Under the pieces are notes generated by a model. It was not told where the DNA came from, did no database searches, and saw nothing but the letters and a program-made list of their open reading frames with translations. Made by a program: the position numbers and the translations under genes. A stretch of 64,000 nucleotides of DNA from Schmidtea polychroa (taxonomy: Eukaryota): contig CM097885.1 of NCBI GenBank assembly GCA_044892525.1, positions 126,480,001-126,544,000 of the forward strand, read 5' to 3'. Shown here piece by piece: positions 52,801-64,000 of the stretch (its first letter is position 1; each line of letters starts with the position of its first letter).

Positions 52801-54172
52801 TAGTCTTGTCTGAGGTTTGCTGACGAACCCATTTCCAAATGCAACTCTTGGGCTGTGGTTTTTACGTTATTGATTTTTGTCTCGGCATTACCGTCCAACA
52901 TCTCAGACCGCCTTGTTGAAACAAGATGAATGTTCACGATTACTAAATGCTCCATATCGTTCGTAGTTGCTGTCGCTAAAATTTGTTTTATGGAATTTGC
53001 TAGGCTATCCATAAATATTTTTCGAATAACTTTCTGGTTCCATGTATTCGCAGTCGAATGATTTTTTGAGAAACTGATGGGGGGTACCATGTGCTGAGTT
53101 TGGTTTTATCTGTCGAATACTGGCACTAGATTAGGAAGTTTTTTTGAAATAACTGTTTTCAACTTGAAACAAGAGTCGCTCGATATCATTGCATTCAATA
53201 TTGCCCATGAGAGTTCTGGTAATAATTGTTGAAGTTTGTTAATAGGTGATTGAATTCATGTGATTGTGTTGACTTGATGCTGAAGGTTTTGCTTCGAAAA
53301 CTCCAAACCAACAATTTGGCGATCCTGCTTTATCCAAGAATGGCGGAAATTTTGTATCTGGTATCGTCAGCGAGGATACAGATTCTTCTAATTTTATTCG
53401 AGTTCTTTTGACACCATTTTAACGAATAGCGAGAACAGGTAATGGAATAACTTTATTCGTATCAAAATTCAAATTGTAATTTTTCAATTCCAATTAATAA
53501 TTAAAACAAATTATGTTTCTGATTGGTTAAACACGATACAGAAAATATTTATTTTATGTATAGTACAGAATTAAATTTCATCATGTTGCAGCGAATAAAT
53601 ATATTTTAGATGAAAAATGGAAAGTTAACACGTGAAACACAAACAACGCAACATTTTAAATTAATATCCATCTTATAGAGAATAAATAAAATATAAGATG
53701 TTGTAATGGTAAAAATTAAAATAGTTTATTAATCTCCGAATAAGACATTATCATCTTCAAAATAAACAGGGTGGTTTTCATTAGCATGCTATTTTTTATA
53801 ATGTTATTATAATTTAAGTGGCAGTCAAAGTTCATTTAAAATCTTTCTTGTTTAATCAAAACGATTAACCATTAGCAATCTCAAATTTTCTATCACTACT
53901 TCCATTTATTTCTGCATTTTTTTCATCAATCCATCGACGATTTGGAACAATAGGATATGATTTTAAAAGAAAGCTTGAAAGGATGGAGATTCCCTTATTC
54001 CAATACGAAGCGGAAGTTTTGTTGTTAAGAATGCAGATACAGGAAAATGAATGCCCTACCAATGAGGAGGGAGAGATGAATGCGGTAGAATAGAATAATT
54101 TAATGATTAATAAAATTAAATTTGAAAAATAATAAATGAATAGAACAAAACTTATATTAAAATATAACAAAG

Positions 54173-54222
<50 letters not shown>

Positions 54223-57200
54223 TATATAATAGAATAAAAATAAATCAAAATGGAATAAAAGTTAGTCCTCCAATAGGAAGAAACTCTCAATGAGGAAGCA
54301 TGAGTCTTCGTCTACACCCCGAGGGGGTCGTTTTTCGAATCTTTTAAAACTGTGGGAGGAGTCCACGCAGGCAAAAGTTCACTTCAGAATCGAATGAGGT
54401 GGCGCAGGTAGAGAAACCCTAAGAAAGTCCTACACTAAATTTAATTATAAAAAAGATAAACTGATCATATGAGGGGGTTAAACTTTACTATTGAATTCTA
54501 CATTAAAGATAAAATTAAATTAAGTAAACATATATAAAAATTAATTTCGACATCAAACAAAAACAAAATAGAACGACAGACAAACAGCATAAATAAAATA
54601 ATTAAGACTACGAGAAAGATTTATTTTTTAAGTTATATTTCCACAATAATATTATTATTATTTTATTTTTATTATTATAATCGCTAGCATTGTTGTTGTA
54701 TTCTCATATTACTAAAGTGCTATTATTTTCAAAGGGTTTTCAGAATAATAATATTATTATTATTATCATTGCTTTTGTTATTATAAGGAGTTTGTTACAC
54801 ATAAGATTATTACACATAAAACTGAGAAAGTAAAACTAAAAGTTCAACAAATTTTCAGTAGGAATATAGCCAGTATCAATCTCTTTCGTAAATTGTCCAA
54901 ATAACAAAATTAAAAATAAAATACAATAGGAAAAGTTCCAAATATAAATAGAAGTTGTAAATTTTATTTCAAATGACGGTTGATTTTTGATATCATAAAA
55001 CCCAACACTTTTAATATTTTGTTCATTTGTTGTTGAGAAGTTGTTGGTGCTGCAGCTTTACCAAAAATGCATTCATTTTACGCAATATTTTTTAGGTTTC
55101 GTTGCAAAAGCTGCTTTTAATATAGAACTTTCTTCCAATCCAATTTGGTAAAATGCACTGCTAAGAAATAGCGTTGTAAAATATTCTGTGCTACTAATAC
55201 TATCTTAGGTTTCTTTAACATTAGGAATTGGAAATGTGGGTCTTTTAGATGATTAATAATAATCTGAAATCAAGAAAAAGTTTTATATTTTTTCACTATC
55301 CTTTTTTTAATGAATACTAACGGCATGTTCCACGGAAATGTATATTTTTTATTATCCCATACTCTTTTCATTTCTTCAATACATTCTTCTAGGATTCATA
55401 TTAATAGGGGTGCACGAAGTTAGTATTATCTCGTGCGTTACCAGCTGCGTTTTTTAATAATACAACAATACAATATATATATAGTTTGATTTAAATATAT
55501 ACTGCATGTTTACAATAACATTACCTTTATTAGTTGCAAGAAATTATTAAAAACACGAATTATACTGGTAAAGGTACCGTGAACCTGTACACTATAGTTT
55601 GAATATAAACTGTCAAATTACGGACGAATATTGAAAATAGGTTATGTAACTTGTTATCTTAATGTAAGATATTTATTTATGCGTCGTACGAACTAAACAC
55701 TTTGAAAACAAAATTCTCAATGATGAATTGCTTAACACAATTTATAAAATGTAGCAAGCAATAGAAAAGAGAATGCAAAAGACAATAAAATTCGTGTATT
55801 CCCTTAATTATATTTAAGTTTTGTATCTACATGTACAAAGTATATAAAATACACTGTAAAATTTGAACTTTTTTTAAATTATAAAATTATTTTGAAATTC
55901 GTGTTAGATCGAATAAATCGTGCAAAAAATTAGTAATTGTTCTTTTTTATGGACCGTGTTATTTCATTACATACATTAAATTTTTTATCGTTATTATTTA
56001 TTAAATATTATTTAATTGTTTACTAAATACATAATTCTCAAAATAAAAATTGAACTTTATACTTGAGCATTTTCGTCTGATATGACCTCTTAACAGGCAT
56101 AGCATACAATATTCCTTTTTTCTTGTATTCTGCCTCCATAAAATTGATTTCTATCTTATCATTCAGTTGTCGTACTTTTTCATATACTCGAGTTATGAGA
56201 AATTTGTTAATATTTTCTCGAGAATCTTCAAGAAATAAAATACTGAACTTTCAATTAGAATTTTTTTTAATATAACAAAAAGTAAAACATAAGAAACACT
56301 TAATTTTGTTAAAAAAATAACAAAAATAATTCATTGTAACTTGAAAATAATTTAACAAAAAAATTAATAAAATAATTAAATATTAATATTGCTTATATTT
56401 TGAGAAATAATTCTTCAAAAAACATAAACAATTCAATGACTTGTCAGATTATCATCCTCTATTTTTTGATGTGAAATTACTAGATATCGAAAAATTCTTT
56501 TTGTTTTATGTTGATGTTGCTCTAACCGTGCATAAAGCATTTTTAAGTTGCTCTAAATTATTTGGAAGGTTTCCAGTAGCTTCATATTTATTTCTTTCAA
56601 TAAAGCGCGAAATTCATCATCAATTATGATTTGAGTAGGTTTGAGTGCTTGAAGGATAGAATCTTCTAACTTCCTCTTAAGATATAAACTATTAGTTTCT
56701 TCATTAACTATTTCAAGTTCGTTATCATTATTATAGCATTCATTAATTTCAGTTTCTGGACAAATATTTTCAGTATCATTGTTATTTTTGTTATAAAAAA
56801 TTCATCTCTTTCTAATTGTAAACTATTTGGATCTTATGGAAATCTTATCAAAGATACCATATCTGGATCTCTTCTCATTTCTAAAAGCACAATTGTAGTG
56901 AGAGTATTAAATAAAAATTTTAAAATACCTTCAGCCGTTAAAAGGTTTGTGTTGAGGTCTCAATATTTGAGATGGTCAACTTTACTAGTTCTTATATAAA
57001 TAAAACACAAGTCTCAATATAAATATTTATTATTAATAAAATTTACCTAGAATAAACAATTTCAGCTCTTGAATAATTTACACAATTGACTCAAATAATT
57101 AACACTTGATGATTTCTTTACTTTAATTACTTCCTTCGAACTGCTTGCCAAATAATGTGTTTTTGTTATTATGTTATATAGTGATTGTGTATGTACGATT

Positions 57201-60200
57201 ACTGCAATATTAAAGTACTGTTTCGTGTTTTATATTCTCCGTATTAACCTTCGAATAGTCGTAAGAACGCTAATTTTTGGGCGATTGTACTAAATATTGT
57301 TAGGGTATATATACTGTTTTTTAAACTTAATAAATAAAATATTTTATTTCTGGCCTATACGCACGGAATATTAATATATTAATTATATTTGTTTTCATAT
57401 TATATTGCATGTTATATATCTAATATATCGTACAATTAATTTTCTATTGCGTGTTATATTTTAATATAATATTAATATCTTATATACTATTATATATTAG
57501 AGATATATTTTGTACTTTTAATGGTAATGATTTTTTATACTAATGGTTTATTTAAATTTTATAATATTATATTTAGTTAATAGCAATGTTTTATTCATGT
57601 AGTCCCTTTTTATTTAAATGTTAAGTATGTAATAAAATATAATTTTTTAATAATACAACAATACAAAACCATATCTGTACATTGTATTAAAGAATAAAAT
57701 TTGCTAGATGAGATATATCACAAAGGATGATCAATTGTTAGCTAGATTTATACAATAAAAGTTAACCAATACAATATACACAGAATAAAGAAATTTATAA
57801 CATAAAGGAGCCAGTTGTCATAAAAATAAAAATAGAAATAGTCATGATAGACATAAAATATGAAACCGTCACATAAATAAAATAGTCAATGTTGCTAGAC
57901 TTGATAGCATGGGGTATAATTGATTGTTTCTGGACGAATATTGCCTGGATTGTATTGTTTACCAATGATTCACTTTATTGCCTTTCTTCGGCACATATAT
58001 TAACCCTATATTTTATGGGTCCTGTCTTATAGTATTTGTTGAGGGTGAATGTAATGATGGGCCTACCCTCATCATCCAACATTTTCATCGTGTCGACTAA
58101 GTGCCTCGACTGCAAGTTTAACTGGTTTCATGCTTGAATAATTTCTAAATATCTTCATTATTATAATCACTCATTATGAGGCTGAAATTACAATATATTT
58201 AATTTATTATATAAAAAATGTTAAATTTAATGAACTTTACCAGAACTTCAACTTCAAATACTGGTTTATAATTTCACAGAATAAGTCGAACAAATTTTTT
58301 TATCATATACAATAATATATTATATTACAAAGCCTGTACGGAGAAGAAAAAGTATTAATTTTTTATATTTCGAATTTAAAGATGTGTGTATAAAATATAA
58401 ATTGTTATTAAAGACTTTGCTTACAATATATATTATTAAAACATCAACAAAAATTTTACATCAAATTAATAAAAATGACATATTGAGATTGACCGAATAA
58501 TAATATTTCATTTGTCACATCTCTTTACCCAGGAAACCAAAATATTGAAAATCGATATTGCGAAATAAAGTTCTAGTGTCCGACCCTACAACCCAAAATC
58601 GCAATATTCACGTGGATTGTCGGCGTTCAAATTTATTAGGTCGGTCAAAATCAAAAGAAACAATTTCCATATGAAGTCTTTTTCTAGTTGTTGAATAAGA
58701 TGACTAAAGTTTTTTATTGTAATTCATGTGTTCATTAGGGGGTTATTTTTAAAAAATCATTATAAGTTCAAAGGACTTTTCAATACCCGAAATTCGCAGG
58801 GCATTGCCACATTTTTAATGTTTTTGTTATGTACAGTTTCAGTTAATTTTGTTCGTGTAAATTTAAAAAAAGTTCTCGAGAATGAGAAATTCAAAAAGTG
58901 CAAATTCTCAGGAATTCTCGAGCACAACCTGTAATCATAAACTAAATGATTTTGTTGTGTACCACCATCATGCCGTCGCTGTTGTGGTTCATAAGGACAT
59001 CGAGGTTGGTAATTGTACTAAGGTCTTGCATGACATTCTATTCGATTATTTTGTTCAAAGTTTGAATGTTGTTGCATAGCTTTTATTTTTTAAACATTAA
59101 TTTCTTTCACTTCTTTGCGAACTTTTTCGTCTATTTTAAACCGTTCTTTATTGCCATCGAAATTGGTCTAATTCATTTTTTATCTCTTATCATTTCTTTA
59201 TTATCCAATGAATTCAGCAATAAAAATAATTTGAATGACTTTTTGTGATATCGATTTTCTTCAACAGTTCTTCAATCTTTATTGATCTCTACTGATTGAT
59301 CTTTATTATATTTCAAAGCTGAAGAAAGATATTCTTTAAGTGTAGTATTCTTCCGAAATGCAAATAATAATGTTTCTTATATTGAATTTTTCTTCTCTGA
59401 TTGCTCAAAAATTTTAAAAACATTAGATAAAGATGCTTTTTACTAAAGTTTAGAGTATAAATCACAGGAAATCATTATAAGTTCAAAGGACTTTTCAAAT
59501 TCTTTGACAAATTCATTTATTATCATCGATTCTTAAGACGTCTGATTAAAACAATTACTCGGAGTCGCCATATTAGAACGAGTAAGAACATTCATTGATT
59601 ATAATTATTTTTACAGCATAACCTTTGGAAACTTAAAAAATTGCTTGATCTGAGGATTCTGAGTTTGAAAATTCTGACTTATTTAAATTATTTATAAATT
59701 AGATATAGTTTGATATAGGTCGTGAAATAGTAGTATCAGTAATTGTACTGCTCTGCATTTAGATAATAAAAAAGTTCTCAGCGTTTTTATTCTACTATTT
59801 TATATTCTAAAATCCAGTACAATATCGTACGTTATAATTTTACCTATCAAATGTTTGTCACATAATCAATAACATGGAAATTATCAAAATAATATTTTTT
59901 AATTAAAATCAACTACAATATTAGAAATTTTTTATTAAATTTATTTTTCTTAGACTAACAAAGGTAATGTATTTTTACGATTGGGTAATCAAGATGATGA
60001 GGATGATAATGTGGATTTTGAAGAATCAGTAAATGAAAATCCACCGAGTCTTCCTTATATCGGAGTATTTAAATTACCTAATGAAACGAAAATGTAACTT
60101 GAATAAGTTATATAAATGTTATATAAACATTAATATTCTGCAGTAAAGGTGATGAAATAAAAGTACGTAGTGGGCATACAACAGAAAGTATTAGGAAAGT

Positions 60201-60336
60201 TGAAGCAACTAGTACTACATCAAATTTTCAGTCTATTCGTATTGAGGCCAATTCTAATAAAATGCAGTCGAGTAATTCATTTAATTTTATATTGTATTAA
60301 ATGTTTCTAGTTAAGGATCGTCTTGGTCGTAGATAA
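40840..60336 (+). CDS. C19orf47-like SAM-domain protein, multi-exon
   Basis: Exons: 40840-40846; 40893-41089 (WECFFNNAGI..YASLFVKNKI..LKSMGIEAIGDVIRILKY); ~41131-41164; ~43655-43730; ~43764-44260 (RRVVNPEIEGRYKITLP, SILKRLG); 59954-60093 (VFLRLG..LPYIGVFK); 60144-60271; 60311-60336 (IKDRLGRR*). These motifs match human C19orf47 in order, and splice phases agree across 44261-59953. Confidence 0.75.
42318..42590. mobile_element. hAT-type MITE
   Basis: CAGTGTTTCCCAACC at the left and GTGGAAACACTAG at the right; internal ATGCCCCAC-like repeats. Confidence 0.45.
44877..46291 (-). mobile_element. hAT element, internally deleted (C-terminal transposase half)
   Basis: TIR TAGGGTTTCCATT / AATGGAAACCCTG with perfect 8-bp TSD GGGGAGTG (44869-44876, 46292-46299); ILDVKTRWNT motif; dimerisation domain LYNAL..TSCERVFS..KIRSRL..FLKYYF in a shifted frame; CTCGAG subterminal repeats. 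Confidence 0.92.
47034..48753 (-). mobile_element. hAT element, internally deleted (N-terminal BED-finger half)
   Basis: Imperfect TIR TAGAGAT..ATTCTCGA; 7/8 TSD CTTAATTT / CTTTATTT; CWKYF..ATCNICCKQ..SST BED finger, IKLAAKDG, NLGLVRIIGS; CTCGAG subterminal repeats. Confidence 0.75.
47175..47845. repeat. Minisatellite, ~38-bp unit, ~17 copies
   Basis: Unit like AAAACGATGTAAAAACGATTTACATTTTAATGATTTA; AATGAT recurs about every 38 nt. Confidence 0.9.
50862..51036. mobile_element. Inverted pair of degenerate Penelope pLTR/hammerhead remnants
   Basis: Plus copy TAC-CTGACAA-T-GATAG(TAAAA)CTGTC-GAAA-TTTTT-C-GTA at 50998-51036; minus copy TAC-CTG..CTGTC-GAAA-TATAT-C-GTA at ~50862-50895. Both share CTGTCGAAA with 2623-2661. 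Confidence 0.6.
51580..51900. repeat. Imperfect tandem repeat of an AAATTATTTCA core
   Basis: About ten spaced AA(A/T)TATTTCA-like cores next to the gypsy remnant. Confidence 0.55.
51918..53525 (-). mobile_element. Internally deleted Ty3/gypsy LTR retrotransposon
   Basis: Gag FPPFLDK..PNCWFGVFEA (~53300); RT YLLMSFGLRNPEQTFSR; RNase H YTTVHRPLTY and IKFIQGRDNIVSDCLLR; ~85-bp direct repeats GAATAACTTTATTCGTATCAAAATTCAAA.. at 51919 and 53447 (LTR remnants). Confidence 0.8.
54175..54217. repeat. (TA)n microsatellite
   Basis: Pure TA run of about 21 units. Confidence 0.95.
54990..55400 (-). mobile_element. Ty3/gypsy reverse transcriptase fragment
   Basis: PWNMPLVFIKK..FLDFR, FPIPNVKE, YFTTLFLSSAFYQI..E.S..KAAFAT..Y across frameshifts. 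Confidence 0.75.
56164..58931 (-). mobile_element. Decayed hAT element (boundaries approximate)
   Basis: Dimerisation-domain remnant YEATG..NLEQLKNALCTVRATS..RIFS..SLNCLCFLKNYF (~56390-56600); CTCGAG subterminal repeats near 56190-56225 and 58875-58925. Confidence 0.6.
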
Positions 60337-60854
60337 TTATTGTTTTTATTTTAATATAATTTTCGGTGATTTTTGAAATTAATTATTAGTATTCATAAAA
60401 TTTTCGTAATAATATCTATAACTTGACATTTACTGACAACGGTTTCTTATTGGTTAATAATAATGATAATACTATAATTTTTCTTGATAAAAAAGTCTAA
60501 ATATCAAATGGTTTGTAATCAACATAATATAAACTGGCTATTTTCTTAAAAGATCAAAGAAACGGTATTTTATTTGAGAGATTGAGTACAGAAAATAAAT
60601 TCTACTCAAAAATTGTGGTCCAAAAATAGATATCGGAATATATTGCTTATACATAGGTATTTTTATTCATTTTTACTAAAAAGCAACTAAACGAAATTTT
60701 TGTACAATTGTACTTTAATACAATTTAGCTATACAGTAGATAAAACATGCAAAATGAGTATGAAAGATGTTTTTGAGGCATTAGGGTAGCTCCTCCAATG
60801 TTTAGCAAACAAATGATGCGAGAATTGCATTTGTTCCTCGTGTTGGCGGGTGAC

Positions 60855-61114
60855 TACCCGGATGACCCCCTTCATTACCGCTTTCAGTCCAGAGGATGAA
60901 TGCCCCATATCGATTACGCTCGTCTTGATTCTGGTCATTGCCGAGCAGGACCCGTACATAATCTACCCTCCAACATAGCACCCGTGAATCGCTTCACGTT
61001 GGAACTGTGCTACGCCGGCGAGACGCCAGTAGGCAGGTGAGCCATCTCCTTCGGACTACTCCCTACTGAAGCCTCGACTTCCTAACCCTGACTGCCGATA
61101 GAAGGACTTACGTC
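60855..61114 (-). ncRNA. 3' structured RNA module, copy B
   Basis: Reverse complement aligns to 14324-14590 with the hairpins preserved. Confidence 0.65.
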
Positions 61115-61406
61115 ATTTCATTTTGTCACCCATCGCAAGATTTCTAGCTGGAATTACCAATTGACCAATATTCCTCATTTTTCCGAAAAACTCTCAATGC
61201 TATTTACAAGTTCATATTATTTTCTAAGTTCAACACACAAGATAACGCATACATAAACGAAAAACTTTTATTATTAAATTTACTACACAAACACCTAGAG
61301 GATTTATACAAGGAATTTTACACGAACTGAATAACACCAAGGTAGAAAACGACAACAGAAAAGTTCGATCCGCTACGGAGAAGGAGGCCATTCTCCGGGG
61401 AAATCC

Positions 61407-62150
61407 TCATCTCTCCCACTCCGAGTCGGCGAGTAACTCGTCCAGATTAAAGAACTCGGCGGCGTTTTCCTCCCACATCGCCCCGGCGGCGGAGATAACT
61501 CGCCCGGAGATCCCGGTTGTTGGGACGACCACCGTTAGATCACTATTGTTGCTGACTGGAGCGATGATTGACGATGTACACTACTTGACAGACGCCCGTT
61601 CCCGTTGTTTCCGTTTGCGTTCGGCCCGAGACAGCTGTCGACGCTTAGGCTTTGAGGAGGTGATCGTTTGTATGGTTGATGAGGACGTGAGATTTAGCTG
61701 GACCTTACTGGTTCCGGTGAATACAATCTCTGGGTCTTTAGGAGAGAGCTCGGATTCTACACATCCATGGCAAGACTTCGCGAGTGGAGACGAAAACTTG
61801 ACAGAAGTATCATGGTGCGCTGGGAAGAGATTGCCGGCTTCGTCAATTGGGATCTTCGCTATTTTTCTAGTGGTCGCCGCTTGTATGTATAGTTTATGCA
61901 GTGCTTCCGACTGCTCTTTTATCAGGCTCCTCTGTGCTCGACTTTCGGAAATGAGAGCATCACGACAGTGCTCGCTTCGATACAATTTCTTTTGGGTCTC
62001 CTTCATTTGCGTGGGACTAAACCATGTCCCCTCCAACTCATCGATCTTCCTTTTGTACTTTCCAATTTGCGCTTGTAGATCCCTGATAACTGAATTCTTG
62101 TCCGAGCAAGAAAAGCAAGGTTTAAGAATGTTGTTGGTACTTGAAGACAT
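61407..62150 (-). CDS. Paralog of the 13293 ORF; 189 aa to an in-frame TAG, 247 codons if read through
   Basis: TAG at 61581-61583; the same frame continues to ..SGRVISAAGAMWEENAAEFFNLDELLADSEWER* (TGA 61407-61409), matching the C terminus of copy A. Confidence 0.8.
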
Positions 62151-63695
62151 CTTGAATAGCTATGAAGAGGAAATGCGAATAAAATCAAACTAAGTCAAAT
62201 GTGAGACATCATCATCTAGTCACACTCATACCATACTGATCATAGATTATCATACTGACAAAACGAGTTTATTAGCCTGAAGAGATTTCGTTACCCTACA
62301 GATCTTGTACGCTTGGGGTCATTATTTATACGAGAGTGGATCATTCATGCAAGATTTTACCGAAGGAAAGTAAGGTATTATCCTGGATAAGGGAAATTAC
62401 AGGTTGATGAAATTACAATTTAATCAATTTACCTGAAAACAGTACCTAACATTTAAAGAGAGTTTAAATTAAATTATAGATTTACCCCAAGACAAATAAT
62501 TTGGATGTGTAGATCTTATGCATGGATAGGCGATTTATCTTTAAATTAATTATTCAACATAAATAAGACTCTATCAATTGCTCTGCAATTATTTGTTTGC
62601 GATAAGTAAAAGTTTGTTAATTAATTTGCACTTGTTTAGTTGTGAGAAAATCAAAATGATTAAAACAAAGTTGAATATTTAAATGAATTTAACCACGTGT
62701 ACCCAAAATGTCTGTCTGGCCGCTATCTATCATTTCTGATCGGTGAGAAAATCGGGTGACTGTCAGTAGTATGTTTCAGTGAATTATGTTTCAGCTGACG
62801 CGTCAGGTTGGATTTCCTGTGATTAACAGTCTGTATAATCTACATATTGCGAGTAGCCTCTGTGATTATTCTAAAGCGCATGGCGCATGAAAATTTTCTC
62901 TCACCTACTTCTACTTAGTCATAATCGCTGACTGATGTCTTCATGCTCTATGCCATGCCGGTGTATGCATGCAGGTGTATTTTCCCTTATGACATATTAC
63001 ATCACTGACGAACCATGTATCTACCTCAAATGCTGCTGGTTATCTCTCATGGATATTTTGGAAAAACCGGATTTCTACATCATCAATGTTGGAATTAATT
63101 CACGATCCCTCAAATAGGATTTACTAGCTCGTCTCGTGGTCCTCCATCGCTATCAATGTACGCCTGCTACTGCTGTCAAATTGGAGATTTATTACTTATC
63201 CCAATGCTGGATTTTCCACCCGACGGGATGTGGACATTTTATGGTTTACTGGGTAAACAATTATTCTAATAAATTATGTTTTAGGGAAATACATTTTTAC
63301 TGATTGGAGTTATTCGCTTTTATTTTTAATGATTACTTAAACCTATTTAATTACGTGATTTCATACAATTTCATCTTTGAGAGGACATATAGCCGATGGG
63401 AATAGCGATTTCGCAAAAATCGTTAGTCGAAAATTTCAAGATTAAATTTCTAGCGAATTCGAGAACTATGACAACTATGGCATACATAGCACTACCAAGG
63501 TTGGACGGTTTTTTAACGAAAGACTTGCCTAGATCTACTGGATGATAAAGAAGAATTTTAACTTGATCAGACGCTGTTATAATACGCTAGTGCGACACCC
63601 TCAATCACTGCGCGAACATATCAAAATTTCTCCTATTGATCGATTCATTCTCCTATCCTACTTCCTCGTATGAATTTTCATAGAATTTAGTCACT

Positions 63696-63835
63696 CCTTC
63701 AGCGACGGACCCGTGAGGAAGCCCCCACATTACGGCCCGAATCAGCTGCGTGATTGAAAAGACCCCATGTCCACCGGCTGAGCTCCCGAAGGCACCTCAC
63801 ACCATGACATAGAGTATCTCAACACCACGTTTCTC
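63696..63835 (-). ncRNA. 5' structured RNA module, copy B
   Basis: Reverse complement aligns to 11779-11915; identical 30-nt block; long helix kept by compensatory changes. Confidence 0.7.
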
Positions 63836-64000
63836 CAAAATTTTAAATATCATAAAATCAACAAATAGTAAAAATTCCTTTCATTCAAATAAAATATTTA
63901 TTACCAATTTACTAAAACATTTAATTAAGTAAAACCTTCAAATCAAACGAAAAGAGAAAAATGATTATTAAATTTAGACTACTATAAATTCATAAATATA

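Larger units (their letters stand above)
60855..64000 (-). mobile_element. Unclassified ~3 kb element, copy B (5' end runs off the window)
   Basis: Reverse-complement homolog of 11620-14590: 5' module 63696-63835, ORF 61407-62150, 3' module 60855-61114. Confidence 0.7.

Overview
AT-rich eukaryotic (metazoan-type) genomic DNA with many 30-60 nt spliceosomal introns, heavily invaded by transposons; one 138-N gap (24975-25112). The organism cannot be named from the sequence. Host genes: an intronless PIM-like kinase (1454-2254, -), a complete multi-exon polybromo/PBRM1 gene (15319-34512, +; 6 bromodomains, 2 BAH, HMG box), a NIT2-like pseudogene (~38.85-39.35 kb) and a C19orf47-like SAM-domain gene (40840-60336, +) that apparently contains a ~15.7 kb transposon-filled intron. 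Mobile DNA: a Penelope-like remnant with a minimal hammerhead ribozyme, a full-length piggyBac with two nonsense codons, three TTAA MITEs, several hAT remnants, decayed Ty3/gypsy pieces and a 38-bp minisatellite. The most unusual observation is a ~3 kb element present twice in opposite orientation (copy A ~11.6-14.6 kb, +; copy B ~60.85-64 kb, -). In it, three islands are conserved across a barely alignable spacer: a 5' structured-RNA module with compensatory base changes, a ~250-aa CxxC/coiled-coil/basic/acidic ORF behind a conserved splice acceptor, and a GNRA-hairpin-rich 3' RNA module. It shows no RT, transposase, TIR or LTR, and I cannot assign it to a known family. All alignments and folds were done by eye.
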